Source: Pseudomonadota bacterium (GTDB lineage: Bacteria; Pseudomonadota; Alphaproteobacteria; Sphingomonadales; Sphingomonadaceae). Taken from it: DNA of 32,720 nt. The notes under the pieces are model-generated. The model saw nothing but the letters and a program-made list of their open reading frames with translations, made no database searches and was not told the origin of the DNA. Below are positions 16,831 to 27,547 of this stretch, in pieces. A program made the position numbers and the translations under genes. Numbering within the stretch: the stretch's first letter is position 1; the number at the start of each line of letters is the position of its first letter. The stretch is taken from contig JBKPKF010000124.1 in NCBI GenBank assembly GCA_046730995.1, positions 1 to 32,720 of the forward strand, in the 5' to 3' direction.

Positions 16831-17418
16831 TTAAGGTTGCGGCGGTTGCCAGCGCCTGGACACGTCGTGGATCTCTGGCCTCGGCCGATCCTCGAGCTCG
16901 CGCGCGGGATGTCCGATGAAGATGAACCCGGCAATCCGCTCCCTCGGTGAGCAGAAGGCCGCGTTGACCATTGGGGAATAGGCTTGCCAGCCCGTGACCC
17001 AGCCCGCGACAAAGCCGAGCGCGTGCGCGGCGATCAGCAGGTTCATCCCCGCGGCGCCGCACGACAATTGCTGCTCCCAGACCGGAATCTTGTGGCCTTC
17101 TACGGGGGCTGAGACCAGCACGATCAGTTGGCCGGCAAAATGGGCGAATTGGACGGCCTTCTCACGGATCGCTGGCGCTGCGCCAGGATCCTCTGCCGCG
17201 AGTGCTCGGCTCAGCAGGCGCGCAAGGTCTTCGCGCTGGTCGTCGCCGACCAGGACGAAACGCCACGGGGTGAGCTTGCCATGGTCCGGCACGCGCGCCG
17301 CGAGCGTCAGGATGCGCTGCATCTCTTCGGCGGTCGGGCCTGATGAGACGAGCTCCCGCGGTTTCCCCGAGCGCCGGGTCTCGAGGAGCGAAAGGATCGA
17401 TGAACGGTCATTGAGCAT
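16831..17418 (-). CDS. Nitroreductase family protein (YdjA-like)
   Basis: LETRRS, RVPDHGKLTPWRF, IPVWEQQLSCGAA, AHALGF..WVTG and GFIFIG. Confidence 0.92.
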   Translation of the reverse strand: MLNDRSSILSLLETRRSGKPRELVSSGPTAEEMQRILTLAARVPDHGKLTPWRFVLVGDDQREDLARLLSRALAAEDPGAAPAIREKAVQFAHFAGQLIVLVSAPVEGHKIPVWEQQLSCGAAGMNLLIAAHALGFVAGWVTGWQAYSPMVNAAFCSPRERIAGFIFIGHPARELEDRPRPEIHDVSRRWQPPQP

Positions 17419-17515
17419 CGATTAGCGCGATAGACGCCGAGCTTCCGTGCAACAATCGGCTTCACAAGCCGGAATTGCCCGTTACGTTGCCGCTCGCTCT
17501 GGGGAGAGAACATCA

Positions 17516-19327
17516 ATGGTCGACACACCGGCAGTGGAAGAACCGGGCGCACCCGATCTCAGCCATCAAAATCCGGCCGAAAAGAAGACCTGGTTCGGTC
17601 ACCCGCGCCAGCTGGCGCGGTTGTTCACCACCGAAATGTGGGAGCGCTTCGGCTATTACGGCATGCGGGCGCTGCTGACGCTCTATCTCACCAAGCACTT
17701 TCTCTTTTCCGACCAGCAAGCGACTGGGCTCTACGGCGGCTATACCGCGCTGGTTTACCTGACGCCGCTGGTGGGCGGCCTCCTTGCCGACCAGTTCCTC
17801 GGGTCAAAGCGTGCGGTGAAGTTCGGCGCGATCATCATGGCGATCGGCTACTTCACTCTCGCGTTCGGCGGCGCCCCCGCCAAGCCCTACGCCACGGTCG
17901 ACGGCAAACGGTACGAAGTCGTGGTCGACAATTTCGTCGATCGTCCGACCAGCAACCCGCAAGAGGCCCGGTATATTGTCGACAGCGGCAAGAAACTGCT
18001 GATCCGCGGCAACGAGGACGGGTCGATCTCCCTGCTCGACAATGGAACTGAAGCCAGGCACCTGCCGAAAGGGTCGATGGAGGCCGGGGCCGATCGCAAC
18101 TCGCTCACCGTCGCCATCATGCTGATCGCGCTTTCACTGATCTCAGTCGGCAACGGCTTCTTCAAGCCGAACATCTCGACCATCGTCGGCACGCTCTACG
18201 AACAAGGCGACCGGCGACGCGATGCCGGCTTCACCATTTTCTACATGGGCATCAATTTGGGATCGGTCCTCGGGCAACTGTTCTGCCCGGTGCTGGCCGA
18301 CTGGATAGGCTGGTGGGCCGGCCTGAGCCTCGCCGGAGTAGGAATGCTGATCAGTTACTGCCTGATGCAGTTCGACGGAGGTCGTTTGGCGGGTTACGGG
18401 GACCGGCCGGCCGATGCGCCCAATCGCGACATAGCCATCTATATCGGTGCCGTCGTCGCGGTGCCGGTGCTGGTGTTCCTGTTCAGCAACCTCATGAACT
18501 CCGCTCCGCCCGCTGAGGGATCGGGTTTTGTCGGCTACCTCATGTCGCTGTCGCTGATGGGCAAATTGCTGTTCGGGACCTTCGTGGTCAGCGTGCCGGC
18601 GATCCTCATCTGGTCCTATACCAAGGGCACGCGCACGGAAGCGCAGATGATGACCGCCGCGATGGTTCTGATTGTCTTCAACGTCTTCTTCTGGACCTTG
18701 TTCGAACAAGCGGGCTCCTCGCTGACCCTGTTCGCCGACCGGAATACGGACCGGAGCGTGTTCGGCCTGTTCACGATGTCCGCCCCGCAGACCCAGCAGT
18801 TCAATCCCGCTTGCATCGTGCTGTTTGCGCCGCTGATGAGCATGCTTTGGGTGTTCCTCGCGAAGCGCGGACTGGAGCCTTCGATACCGGTCAAATTTTC
18901 GATCGCGCTTGCCGGAGTGGGCGCGGGTTTCCTCTTCCTGGTCTGGGGCTCGACCTTCGCCGGGCCCGCCAACAACTTCCAGGTGGGCCTGTGGTGGCTG
19001 GGCGGGCTCTATCTGCTCCACTCACTCGCCGAACTCTGCATCTCGCCCGTGGGCCTCAGCATGATCACGAAGCTTTCGATCGCGCGTGTCGTAGGGCTGA
19101 TGATGGGCGTGTGGTTCCTGTCGATCTCGGTTGCGCAATATTTCGCGGGCATGGTCGCGCAGTTCGCCAGCGTCGAGACTGTCGGCGGCCAGGTGACGAA
19201 CCTTAAGGTTAGCCTCGAGGCTTATACCTCGACCTTCACCACCATCGCCTGGATTGCGATCGCGGCAGGCGCCCTGCTGTTCGTGCTTTCCTGGCCGCTC
19301 CAGAAATGGATGCACGGGGTTAAATGA
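17516..19327 (+). CDS. Proton-dependent oligopeptide transporter (POT/PTR family) with a large loop insert
   Basis: GHP, EMWERFGYYGM (ExxERFxYY), GNGFFKPNIS, FTIFYMGINLG, FEQAGSSL and ELCISPVGLS. RBS GGGGAGAG before ATG 17516. Confidence 0.95.
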   Translation: MVDTPAVEEPGAPDLSHQNPAEKKTWFGHPRQLARLFTTEMWERFGYYGMRALLTLYLTKHFLFSDQQATGLYGGYTALVYLTPLVGGLLADQFLGSKRAVKFGAIIMAIGYFTLAFGGAPAKPYATVDGKRYEVVVDNFVDRPTSNPQEARYIVDSGKKLLIRGNEDGSISLLDNGTEARHLPKGSMEAGADRNSLTVAIMLIALSLISVGNGFFKPNISTIVGTLYEQGDRRRDAGFTIFYMGINLGSVLGQLFCPVLADWIGWWAGLSLAGVGMLISYCLMQFDGGRLAGYGDRPADAPNRDIAIYIGAVVAVPVLVFLFSNLMNSAPPAEGSGFVGYLMSLSLMGKLLFGTFVVSVPAILIWSYTKGTRTEAQMMTAAMVLIVFNVFFWTLFEQAGSSLTLFADRNTDRSVFGLFTMSAPQTQQFNPACIVLFAPLMSMLWVFLAKRGLEPSIPVKFSIALAGVGAGFLFLVWGSTFAGPANNFQVGLWWLGGLYLLHSLAELCISPVGLSMITKLSIARVVGLMMGVWFLSISVAQYFAGMVAQFASVETVGGQVTNLKVSLEAYTSTFTTIAWIAIAAGALLFVLSWPLQKWMHGVK

Positions 19328-20721
19328 CCCTTCGGCTGCTGGCCATCGCCGCCGCCTCCCTCGCGCTGTGCGCCTGCGCAGCGATGGAAGAGAAGCCCAA
19401 GCCAGCGCCCGCGATCCGCATTAATGAGGACCCCTATCCGTCGACCTATCAGCGCTATCCCGGCGTTCTGACCGTCGTCCGCCACGCGACCGTGCTCGAC
19501 GGTGACGGCCACCAGATCAACGACGGTACCGTCGTGTTCGGCGATGGGGTGATCCAGACGGTCGGAGGGCCCGAGCTTGCTTCGCCCGCCGGAGCGGTGG
19601 AGATCGACGGCACCGGCAAGTTCGTGACCCCTGGAATCATCGACGTTCACAGCCACCTTGGCGATTATCCATCGCCCGCAGTCCAGGCACTGTCGGACGG
19701 CAATGAGGCGACCTCGCCGGTGCGGCCGGAAGTCTGGGCCGAACACAGCGTCTGGCCCCAGGACCCGGGCTTCTCACGAGCGCTCATGAACGGCGGAGTG
19801 ACCACGTTGCAGGTGCTGCCGGGCTCGGCCAATCTGTTCGGCGGCCGGTCGGTGGTGCTGAAGAACGTTCCCGGCCGAACGGCGCAGGATATGAAATTCC
19901 CCGGCGCGCCCTACGGGCTCAAGATGGCCTGCGGCGAAAATCCGAAGCGGGTCTACGGCTCGAAGGGAAACATGCCCCAGACCAGGATGGGCAATATCGC
20001 ACTTGCCCGGGCGACCTGGGTCAAGGCGCAAGCCTACAAGCGCAAGTGGGACAAATATTACAGGAACGGCGGCGACATGCCCGAGCGCGACCTCGCGATG
20101 GATACGCTGAAGGGCGTGCTCGACGGCAAGATCCTGGTGCAGAACCACTGCTATCGCGCCGATGAAATGGCTAACATGATCGATATGTCGAAGGAGTTCG
20201 GCTATCGCATCACCGCGTTCCACCATGCGGTGGAGGCTTACAAAATCGCCGATTTGCTCGCGGCGAACGACATTTGCGCGGTGATGTGGGCCGACTGGTA
20301 CGGCTTCAAGATGGAAAGCTACGACGCGATCAAGGAGAACATCCCGTTCGTTCAGAATGCGGGCGCCTGCGCCATCGTTCATTCGGACGACGCCAATTAT
20401 ATCCAGCGCTTGAACCAAGAGGCCGCGAAGGCGCTTGCCGACGGCATCCGCGCAGGCGTTCCGAACTTGAGCGAAGCCGTGGCATGGGAATGGCTCAGCC
20501 GAAACCCGGCCAAGGCGCTCGGAATTCTCGACAAGACCGGAACGCTGGCAGCCGGGAAAATGGCCGATTTGGTCCTGTGGAACGGCGATCCGTTCAGCGA
20601 TTACACGCGCCCCGAGCGAGTGTGGATTGATGGGGCCGAAATGTATGACGCCAATGACCCGAAGAAGCGCCCGGTCAGCGATTTCGAGCTCGGGCAGCCG
20701 GGCGAGGGGGATGTGAAATGA
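19324..20721 (+). CDS. Metal-dependent amidohydrolase, probable lipoprotein
   Basis: Lipobox-like LALCAC. Metal-ligand motifs PGIIDVHSH, LKMACGENP, NHCYR, FHHA and HSDD; C-terminal GKMADLVLW. Confidence 0.9.
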   Translation: MTLRLLAIAAASLALCACAAMEEKPKPAPAIRINEDPYPSTYQRYPGVLTVVRHATVLDGDGHQINDGTVVFGDGVIQTVGGPELASPAGAVEIDGTGKFVTPGIIDVHSHLGDYPSPAVQALSDGNEATSPVRPEVWAEHSVWPQDPGFSRALMNGGVTTLQVLPGSANLFGGRSVVLKNVPGRTAQDMKFPGAPYGLKMACGENPKRVYGSKGNMPQTRMGNIALARATWVKAQAYKRKWDKYYRNGGDMPERDLAMDTLKGVLDGKILVQNHCYRADEMANMIDMSKEFGYRITAFHHAVEAYKIADLLAANDICAVMWADWYGFKMESYDAIKENIPFVQNAGACAIVHSDDANYIQRLNQEAAKALADGIRAGVPNLSEAVAWEWLSRNPAKALGILDKTGTLAAGKMADLVLWNGDPFSDYTRPERVWIDGAEMYDANDPKKRPVSDFELGQPGEGDVK

Positions 20722-22103
20722 TCCGGCACGTCGCCGCCGCGCTGCTGCTCGCGGCCGGAGTCCCCGCAGGCGCGCAAACCTTCGCGATCGTGAACGGCGT
20801 TGTCGCCAAGGGCGACGGATCGGAGCCGATCCGTGGGGGCACGGTTGTCGTCCGCAACGGCCGAGTGGTCTCCGCCGGCGCCGGGGTCAGCGTCCCCGCC
20901 GGGGCGCAGGTCGTCGACGCGTCCGGCAAGTGGGTGACCCCCGGGATCGTCGCCGGATTCTCGCGCCTTGGCCTCGCCGACGTCGATCTGTCGGCGGACG
21001 GCGCGGATGACACCGGCAACAACGGGCCGTTCAACGCCGCGATCGACGTCGTTCCAGCCATCAACCCCTTGTATCAAACCGTCGGCGTGAACCGTGCCGA
21101 CGGGGTGACTCGCGCGCTGGTCGCCCCGAGCGCCGGCAAGACCATTTTCGCCGGGCAGGGCGCGGTGATCGACACGGGCGCCGACATGGATCCGGTCACG
21201 CGCGCCCGCCTTTTCCAGTTCGTCGAGCTTGGCGAGACCGGCAAGGACAAAGCCGGCGGGTCGCGAGCTTCGGCCTACATCCTGTTCCGCAATGCGCTGC
21301 GGGAGGCGGGGGAGCTCCGGCACTTCGGGGAGCAGATCCAGGCGGCGCGCGGGCAAGTACCCGATGAACGCGAGCGGCCGATCGTTCGCAATCCGAACGA
21401 ATCGCGCGTGTACGGAATAGAAGCTCGGCGCAGCGAAGACGTGTTGCTGACCCGCTTCGACGCCGCCGCGCTCGTCCCGGTGCTGCAGGGCCGCCAATAT
21501 CTGCTCGTTCATGTCGAGCGAGCCAGCGACATCTTGCAGGTGCTCGAACTCAAACGGGAGTTCCGCAACCTCAAGATCGTGCTGGTCGGAGCGAGCGAGG
21601 GCTGGATGGTCGCGGATCGGATCGCGCGGTCCGGAATCCCGGTCATCGCATCGGCGGTGAATGATCTGCCGGCGTCGTTCGAGCAGCTCGCGGCGACCCA
21701 GTCGAACGTCGGGCGGATGCGCTCCCAGGGGGTCAATGTCTCGATCGGCATGATCGACGACAATGACACCCGGAATCTCTTCATGGAGCGGCAGTATGCG
21801 GCCAATCTCGTCGGCCTTCAGAAGGTGCCTGGAGCGACCGGCGTGAGCTGGGGCGAGGCGCTCGCAATGATCACCTCCCGGCCCGCGCAGGCGGTCGGAA
21901 TGAGTGGCGAGATCGGAAGCCTGGCGCCGGGCCGCCGCGCCGACGTCGTCATCTGGTCGGGCGACCCGCTCGAGGGTTCCAGCACGGCGGAGCAAGTGTA
22001 TATCGACGGGGTGCGCCAGCCGCTCGAAACCCACCAGACAAGGCTTCGCGACCGATATCGCTACCTGCCGCGCCGCGAGCTTCCTGAGGCGTACCGGCAT
22101 TGA
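20718..22103 (+). CDS. Exported amidohydrolase-family protein lacking the HxH metal motif
   Basis: Signal peptide ending AGA. PGIVAGFSR replaces PGIIDxHxH. GSLAPGRRADVVIW C-terminal motif is present. Confidence 0.87.
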   Translation: MIRHVAAALLLAAGVPAGAQTFAIVNGVVAKGDGSEPIRGGTVVVRNGRVVSAGAGVSVPAGAQVVDASGKWVTPGIVAGFSRLGLADVDLSADGADDTGNNGPFNAAIDVVPAINPLYQTVGVNRADGVTRALVAPSAGKTIFAGQGAVIDTGADMDPVTRARLFQFVELGETGKDKAGGSRASAYILFRNALREAGELRHFGEQIQAARGQVPDERERPIVRNPNESRVYGIEARRSEDVLLTRFDAAALVPVLQGRQYLLVHVERASDILQVLELKREFRNLKIVLVGASEGWMVADRIARSGIPVIASAVNDLPASFEQLAATQSNVGRMRSQGVNVSIGMIDDNDTRNLFMERQYAANLVGLQKVPGATGVSWGEALAMITSRPAQAVGMSGEIGSLAPGRRADVVIWSGDPLEGSSTAEQVYIDGVRQPLETHQTRLRDRYRYLPRRELPEAYRH

Positions 22104-22753
22104 CCGTTCAGATGGGTCTCTTCCTTTCGTGCATCGCCTTTCTCGCGACGCATTTCCTGATGTCCCATCCGCTCCGCGGCCCGCTCGTTCGAGCGATGGG
22201 CGAAAGGCCGTTCCAAGGCCTTTATTCGGTCATTTCGCTGCTGACCTTCGGCTCGATGATCTATTTCTACCACGCGTGCGGCCGAGAGCCGCCGTTGTGG
22301 GATGCTGGCGAAGCCGGGTGGATCGCCGGAACCCTGCTGATGTGGTTCGCGGCGATCCTGCTCGTCGGTTCCTTCATTCGCAATCCGGCCTTGCCGGGAG
22401 CGCGCGGGCCAAGGGGCGGACCGACGGGAGTCTTCCGGATCACCCGCCATCCGATGATGTGGAGCTTCGCCATCTGGGCCGGCGTTCACATGATGCTCCT
22501 CGGCATGCCCAAGACGTTCGTCTTTGACGGCACGATCATCATCATGGCGCTGTTCGGGGCCGCGGGGCAGGACGCCAAGAAACACAAACTGATGGGCGAT
22601 GCCTGGCACGAATGGACCGCTCAGACCGCCTTCATTCCATTCACGCGAGGAATCGCAAATCCAGGAGCGGTAGCCCTCGTCGGCGGAACGGTGCTTTTTT
22701 TCCTGGCGACGTGGCTGCACCCAATCCCCGCGGGTTTCTGGCGCTGGATGTAG
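22100..22753 (+). CDS. NnrU family membrane protein
   Basis: FLATHFLMSHPLR, GVFRITRHPMMWSFAIWA, QDAKK and T.FIPF. Start is TTG 22100 (overlapping) or ATG 22112. Confidence 0.88.
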   Translation: MTVQMGLFLSCIAFLATHFLMSHPLRGPLVRAMGERPFQGLYSVISLLTFGSMIYFYHACGREPPLWDAGEAGWIAGTLLMWFAAILLVGSFIRNPALPGARGPRGGPTGVFRITRHPMMWSFAIWAGVHMMLLGMPKTFVFDGTIIIMALFGAAGQDAKKHKLMGDAWHEWTAQTAFIPFTRGIANPGAVALVGGTVLFFLATWLHPIPAGFWRWM

Positions 22754-22754
22754 C

Positions 22755-22829
22755 CCGTCATTCCCGCGAAAGCGGGAATCCCGCTTGTTCTTGAAGGCAA
22801 TGGGACCCCCGCTTTCGCGGGGGTGACGG
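22755..22829. repeat. CGTC-tagged REP doublet (GTCATTCCCGCGAAAGCGGGAATCC family)
   Basis: CCGTCATTCCCGCGAAAGCGGGAATCCC ... GGGACCCCCGCTTTCGCGGGGGTGACGG, an inverted pair. Confidence 0.9.
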
Positions 22830-22848
22830 AGGGAGTAGACGCGTCGCG

Positions 22849-24189
22849 ATGACACGGAAATTCTTCGGCACCGACGGAATTCGGGGCACGACCAACGTGG
22901 AGCCGATGACGGCCGAAACCGCGCTTCGCGTCGGCCAGGCCGCCGGTGCGCATTTCCTTCGCGGTGACCACCGCCACCGTGTCGTCATCGGCAAGGACAC
23001 TCGCCTGTCGGGTTATATGATGGAATCGGCGATGGTCGCGGGCTTCACCAGCGTCGGCATGGACGTGGTGCTGCTGGGGCCGATGCCGACGCCGGCGGTG
23101 GCGATGCTGACCCGGTCGATGCGCGCAGACCTCGGCGTCATGATCTCCGCCTCGCACAATCCCTTCGCCGACAACGGCATCAAATTGTTCGGCCCCGATG
23201 GATACAAGCTCAGCGACGACGCCGAACGGGCTATCGAGCAGCGCATGGAAAAGGAGCCGAAGCTCGCCAAGTCGCCCGAAATCGGCCGCGCCCGCCGGAT
23301 TGACGACGCACGCGGACGATATGTCCAGTTCGCCAAGGACACCTTTCCCGAGCATCTGCGCCTCGACGGCCTCAAGGTTGTCATCGATTGCGCAAATGGC
23401 GCTGCTTATCACGTTGCCCCGGATGCCTTGTGGGAGCTGGGCGCGGAGGTCGTGGCGCTCGGCGTCAATCCGAACGGCCTCAACATCAATGACGAATGCG
23501 GTTCGACCCATCCGGGCCTGCTTCAGGAAACGGTGGTCGCGAGCGGCGCTGATATCGGACTTGCGCTCGACGGCGACGCCGACCGGCTGATCGTCGCCGA
23601 CGAAAAGGGCGAGATGGTCGACGGCGACCAGCTGATGGCGTTGATTGCGCTCGGGATGCATCGGCGGGGCGAGCTCGGCGGCGATGCGGTGGTGGCGACC
23701 GTCATGTCGAATCTGGGCCTTGAGAGAAAACTCTCCGAAGCCGGGCTCCAACTCCACCGGACCAAGGTCGGCGACCGCTACGTGCTCGAAGAAATGCGCG
23801 CCCGGGGCTGCAATATCGGCGGCGAGCAGTCGGGGCACATCATCCTTGCCGATCATTCGACGACGGGCGACGGGCTCGTCGCCGGCCTTCAGGTGTTGGC
23901 CGCTTTGGTCGAGGCGAAGCGGCCCGCGAGCGAGCTTTTGCGCCAGTTCGAGCCATTGCCCCAGCTTCTGAAGAACGTTCGTTTCAATGGCTCCAGTGAG
24001 CCACTCGAAGCCGACAGCGTCCGCAAGCGAATCGCAGCGGCGGAGGCGGAGCTTGGGGGCCGGGGCCGGCTCGTCATCCGCAAATCGGGCACCGAGCCCC
24101 TGATCCGGGTCATGGCCGAGGGCGACGATCCTGCGCTGGTGGAGCGGCTTGTCGACGACATTTGCGAGGCCGTCCAATCGGCCGCGTGA
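22849..24189 (+). CDS. glmM: Phosphoglucosamine mutase
   Basis: [26 protein letters not shown] (phospho-Ser), DGDADR, GGEQSGH and [14 protein letters not shown]. Confidence 0.97.
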   Translation: MTRKFFGTDGIRGTTNVEPMTAETALRVGQAAGAHFLRGDHRHRVVIGKDTRLSGYMMESAMVAGFTSVGMDVVLLGPMPTPAVAMLTRSMRADLGVMISASHNPFADNGIKLFGPDGYKLSDDAERAIEQRMEKEPKLAKSPEIGRARRIDDARGRYVQFAKDTFPEHLRLDGLKVVIDCANGAAYHVAPDALWELGAEVVALGVNPNGLNINDECGSTHPGLLQETVVASGADIGLALDGDADRLIVADEKGEMVDGDQLMALIALGMHRRGELGGDAVVATVMSNLGLERKLSEAGLQLHRTKVGDRYVLEEMRARGCNIGGEQSGHIILADHSTTGDGLVAGLQVLAALVEAKRPASELLRQFEPLPQLLKNVRFNGSSEPLEADSVRKRIAAAEAELGGRGRLVIRKSGTEPLIRVMAEGDDPALVERLVDDICEAVQSAA

Positions 24190-24274
24190 ACCTTTTCTTG
24201 GTATTTGTCGGCCAAACGACTGTGTCGTGCGCATGGAGAACTTCGCCCCTGGGAGCGGGACGAAAGCTGATTCG

Positions 24275-25453
24275 ATGACCTCGACAGCCCGCATCCTCAT
24301 TATCGCCGGCTCGGATTCGGGCGGCGGCGCGGGGATTCAGGCCGATATCAAGACGGTGACGATGCTCGGCGGCCACGCCATGACCGCCGTCACCGCGATC
24401 ACCGCCCAGAACACTTTGGGGGTCACCGCCGTTCACCCCGTGCCCGCCGAAGTCATTCTCGCCCAGATCGATGCCGTTGTGGCCGATATCGGCGTTGATG
24501 CGGTCAAAATCGGAATGATCGGCTCAGCTTTTGCCGCGAAGCAAATTGCCGTTCGCCTTCAGGAGCTTAGGGCCGCAGACCCTAGTCTTCCGATCGTTTT
24601 CGATCCGGTGATGGTAGCGACCAGCGGCGCCGCCCTCGCGGACGAGGCGACGATCTCGGCGTTTGGCCGGCTGATGGACGTCTCGACCCTGGCCACGCCG
24701 AACCTCCCGGAGCTTGCTCGACTGACGTCGGAGGAAGATCCTGTTGCGGCCGCGCTCCACCTAGTTGGAGCGCATGGCTGCGCGGTGCTGATCAAGGGCG
24801 GCCACGAGGAAGGCGACGCGCTCGCCGATGCCCTCATCGAAGAAGACAATATGACGAGCTGGCAGGGGCAGCGGATCGATACGGAGCAGACTCACGGCAC
24901 GGGCTGCACGCTGGCGACGGCCATTGCGACCTTGCTGGGCCAGGGGACGAGCTTGGCCGACGCGGTCGCCCGCGCCCGCGAGTTCGTCCGGGTGGCGCTG
25001 TTCGAAGCGCCGGGGCTCGGGCAGGGCGCGGGGCCGATCGGCCAGCAGGATGTTCGGCTCGATTGCGGCGGGCCGTTGCGGCTCAATCAGGTGACGGTGA
25101 CGGGCACCGATTATGAACGCTCGGTCGATTTCTACCGCCGCCTCGGACTTAAGCAGATCGTCGACAATCCGCCCGACTATGCGCGGTTCGAAACGTCGGG
25201 CGGGGTCACTTTCTCAGTCCAGATCGACCCAGAAGAGAAGATCATCGCGACGACGGCGGTCTATCTTGAATGCGACGACCTGGATGAGCGGGTCGAGCAG
25301 CTCGCCCGGAGCGGAATCCCGTTCGAACACGGGCCGCGAAACCAGCCCTGGATGTGGCGCGAGGCGCGGCTTCGCGACCCGGACGGCAATATCATCTTCC
25401 TCTACAAGGCGGGTGAAGCGCGGCGCTTCCCGCCGTGGCGGATGGAAGACTAA
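24275..25453 (+). CDS. thiD: HMP/HMP-P kinase ThiD fused to a C-terminal VOC (glyoxalase-like) domain
   Basis: ThiD motifs IAGSDSGGGAGIQADIKT, TAQNT, KIGM, DPVM, TPNLPE, KGGH and THGTGCTLA. Then in-frame LNQVTV...DFYRRLG...WREARLRDPDGN. Confidence 0.9.
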   Translation: MTSTARILIIAGSDSGGGAGIQADIKTVTMLGGHAMTAVTAITAQNTLGVTAVHPVPAEVILAQIDAVVADIGVDAVKIGMIGSAFAAKQIAVRLQELRAADPSLPIVFDPVMVATSGAALADEATISAFGRLMDVSTLATPNLPELARLTSEEDPVAAALHLVGAHGCAVLIKGGHEEGDALADALIEEDNMTSWQGQRIDTEQTHGTGCTLATAIATLLGQGTSLADAVARAREFVRVALFEAPGLGQGAGPIGQQDVRLDCGGPLRLNQVTVTGTDYERSVDFYRRLGLKQIVDNPPDYARFETSGGVTFSVQIDPEEKIIATTAVYLECDDLDERVEQLARSGIPFEHGPRNQPWMWREARLRDPDGNIIFLYKAGEARRFPPWRMED

Positions 25454-25462
25454 TCCACAGAT

Positions 25463-25536
25463 TTCGTCATCCCCGCGAGGGCGGGGATCCAGCCAAGAAC
25501 GAAAAACTGGGTTCCCGCTTGCGCGGGAATGACGAA
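25463..25536. repeat. CGTC-tagged REP doublet, same family as 22755-22829
   Basis: TTCGTCATCCCCGCGAGGGCGGGGATCCAG ... CTGGGTTCCCGCTTGCGCGGGAATGACGAA. Confidence 0.9.
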
Positions 25537-26188
25537 TAAGAAGCGGCATGCCGCGGCGCTGTTCTTTCAAGCTCGAGCTCGATTATCCGCAGCCGCTCGC
25601 GGGCGTCGATGAAGCGGGATGCGCGCCGCTCGCGGGACCGGTTGTTGCCGCGGCCTGTATCCTCGACCGCTGCAGATTCCCTCGTGGGATCGACGATTCG
25701 AAGAACCTTCCCCTCGAGAAGCGAGAGGCGATCTACAAACGGCTGGTCAAGTGCGCCGCTTATGGGGTCGGCGTCGCGACCGTAGAGGAAATCGACAGCA
25801 TCAACATCTATTGGGCGCGGATGCTGGCGATGACTCGGGCGGTCGAAGCGCTAGGGCTGGAGCCGGCCTGGGTGCTGGTCGACGGGAATGCGACTCCGCG
25901 CTGGCAGCGGCCGTCGAGGGCGATCGTCGATGGCGATGCCAAATGCCGCTCCATCGCGGCGGCTTCGATCATCGCCAAGGTCACGCGCGACCGGATGATG
26001 GTCGACTACGCGGACCAATATCCGGGATACGGTTGGGAGCATAACAGAGGCTATCCGACCCCCGATCACCGCCGCGCGATCAACGACCTGGGCCTGACCC
26101 CGCTGCACCGCCGAAGCTTTGGATTGGTGCGTGAAATCATGGATCGCGACGCTCAACCGGAGCTTGCGCTGGTCGAAATCAACCAAGC

Positions 26189-27508
<1,320 letters not shown>

Positions 27509-27547
27509 CCCCTTGCACAGCCCGCGGGAGGCGGTGAGAAGAGCCGC

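Noticed and set aside
24190-24274. TPP riboswitch upstream of thiD
   Set aside because: The conserved CTGAGA and ACCTGA...GCGTAGGGA-type motifs are absent.
22755-25536. REP elements as a CRISPR array or IS ends
   Set aside because: No regular repeat-spacer periodicity, no cas gene or transposase, and no clear target-site duplications.
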